DNA from: Candidatus Latescibacterota bacterium
Lineage (GTDB): Bacteria; Latescibacterota; UBA2968; UBA8231
Reading direction: 5' to 3'
DNA length: 64,000 nucleotides
Assembly: GCA_965197905.1 (NCBI GenBank)
Contig: CBDAOB010000005.1
Location: forward strand, 2,528,001-2,592,000
Shown: positions 63,830 to 64,000 of the stretch, one piece after another
Layout of the letters: each line of letters starts with the position of its first letter
Numbering within the stretch: the stretch's first letter is position 1
The notes under the pieces: model-generated
Told to the model about the DNA's origin: nothing
The model's input: only the letters and a program-made list of their open reading frames with translations
Databases searched by the model: none
Translations under genes and position numbers: made by a program

Positions 63830-64000
63830 TTACCTGACCAGAAGCATTTTGCGCGTCTGTTGGTAGCGACCGACTTCCAACAGATACAGGTACATGCCCG
63901 AGGCCGCCTGGCGACCCAATTCATCCCTGCCGTTCCAGACGAGGGTGTGAAAACCGGGAGCCAGCTGTCCGGCAGCCAAGGTGCGGATCTTCTGCCCGAG
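63830..64000 (-). CDS. C-terminal fragment of another T9SS-CTD (FlgD-Ig-like) protein; 5' part outside the window
   Basis: Hand translation LGQKIRTLAAGQLAPGFHTLVWNGRDELGRQAASGMYLYLLEVGRYQQTRKMLLVR*. Confidence 0.85.
   Translation of the reverse strand, partial: LGQKIRTLAAGQLAPGFHTLVWNGRDELGRQAASGMYLYLLEVGRYQQTRKMLLVR

Overview
GC-rich bacterial chromosomal window with no rRNA, tRNA, CRISPR array, transposase or integrase that I can see. The PorU/PorV genes, FlgD-Ig-type T9SS C-terminal domains and cohesin/dockerin cargo point to a diderm FCB-superphylum lineage outside classical Bacteroidota; Ca. Latescibacterota-like is my inference only. Housekeeping blocks: ppdK-parA-parB, larB-mobA, cyoE, ligA, argR-argB-argD-argH (sigma70 promoter and ARG box), tilS-ftsH-folP-cdaA, frameshifted lexA, glycerate kinase, era-SDR-purD, folB-folK, rpmB. 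The main interest is a 14-kb minus-strand envelope cluster (41.9-56.2 kb). It encodes PorU with Ser at the predicted catalytic Cys, PorV, an M6-like protein that has lost HExxH, a zinc-peptidase/beta-propeller/Omp85-barrel fusion, two paralogous unknown proteins and an intact CTD-bearing zinc peptidase. Also present: a 1895-aa cohesin/X-dockerin/cohesin T9SS cargo protein, a 2085-aa lipoprotein of about 20 FN3 domains on a 612-bp repeat, and three small orphan genes that each have a sigma54-type promoter. All family calls come from motif recognition by eye, not database searches.
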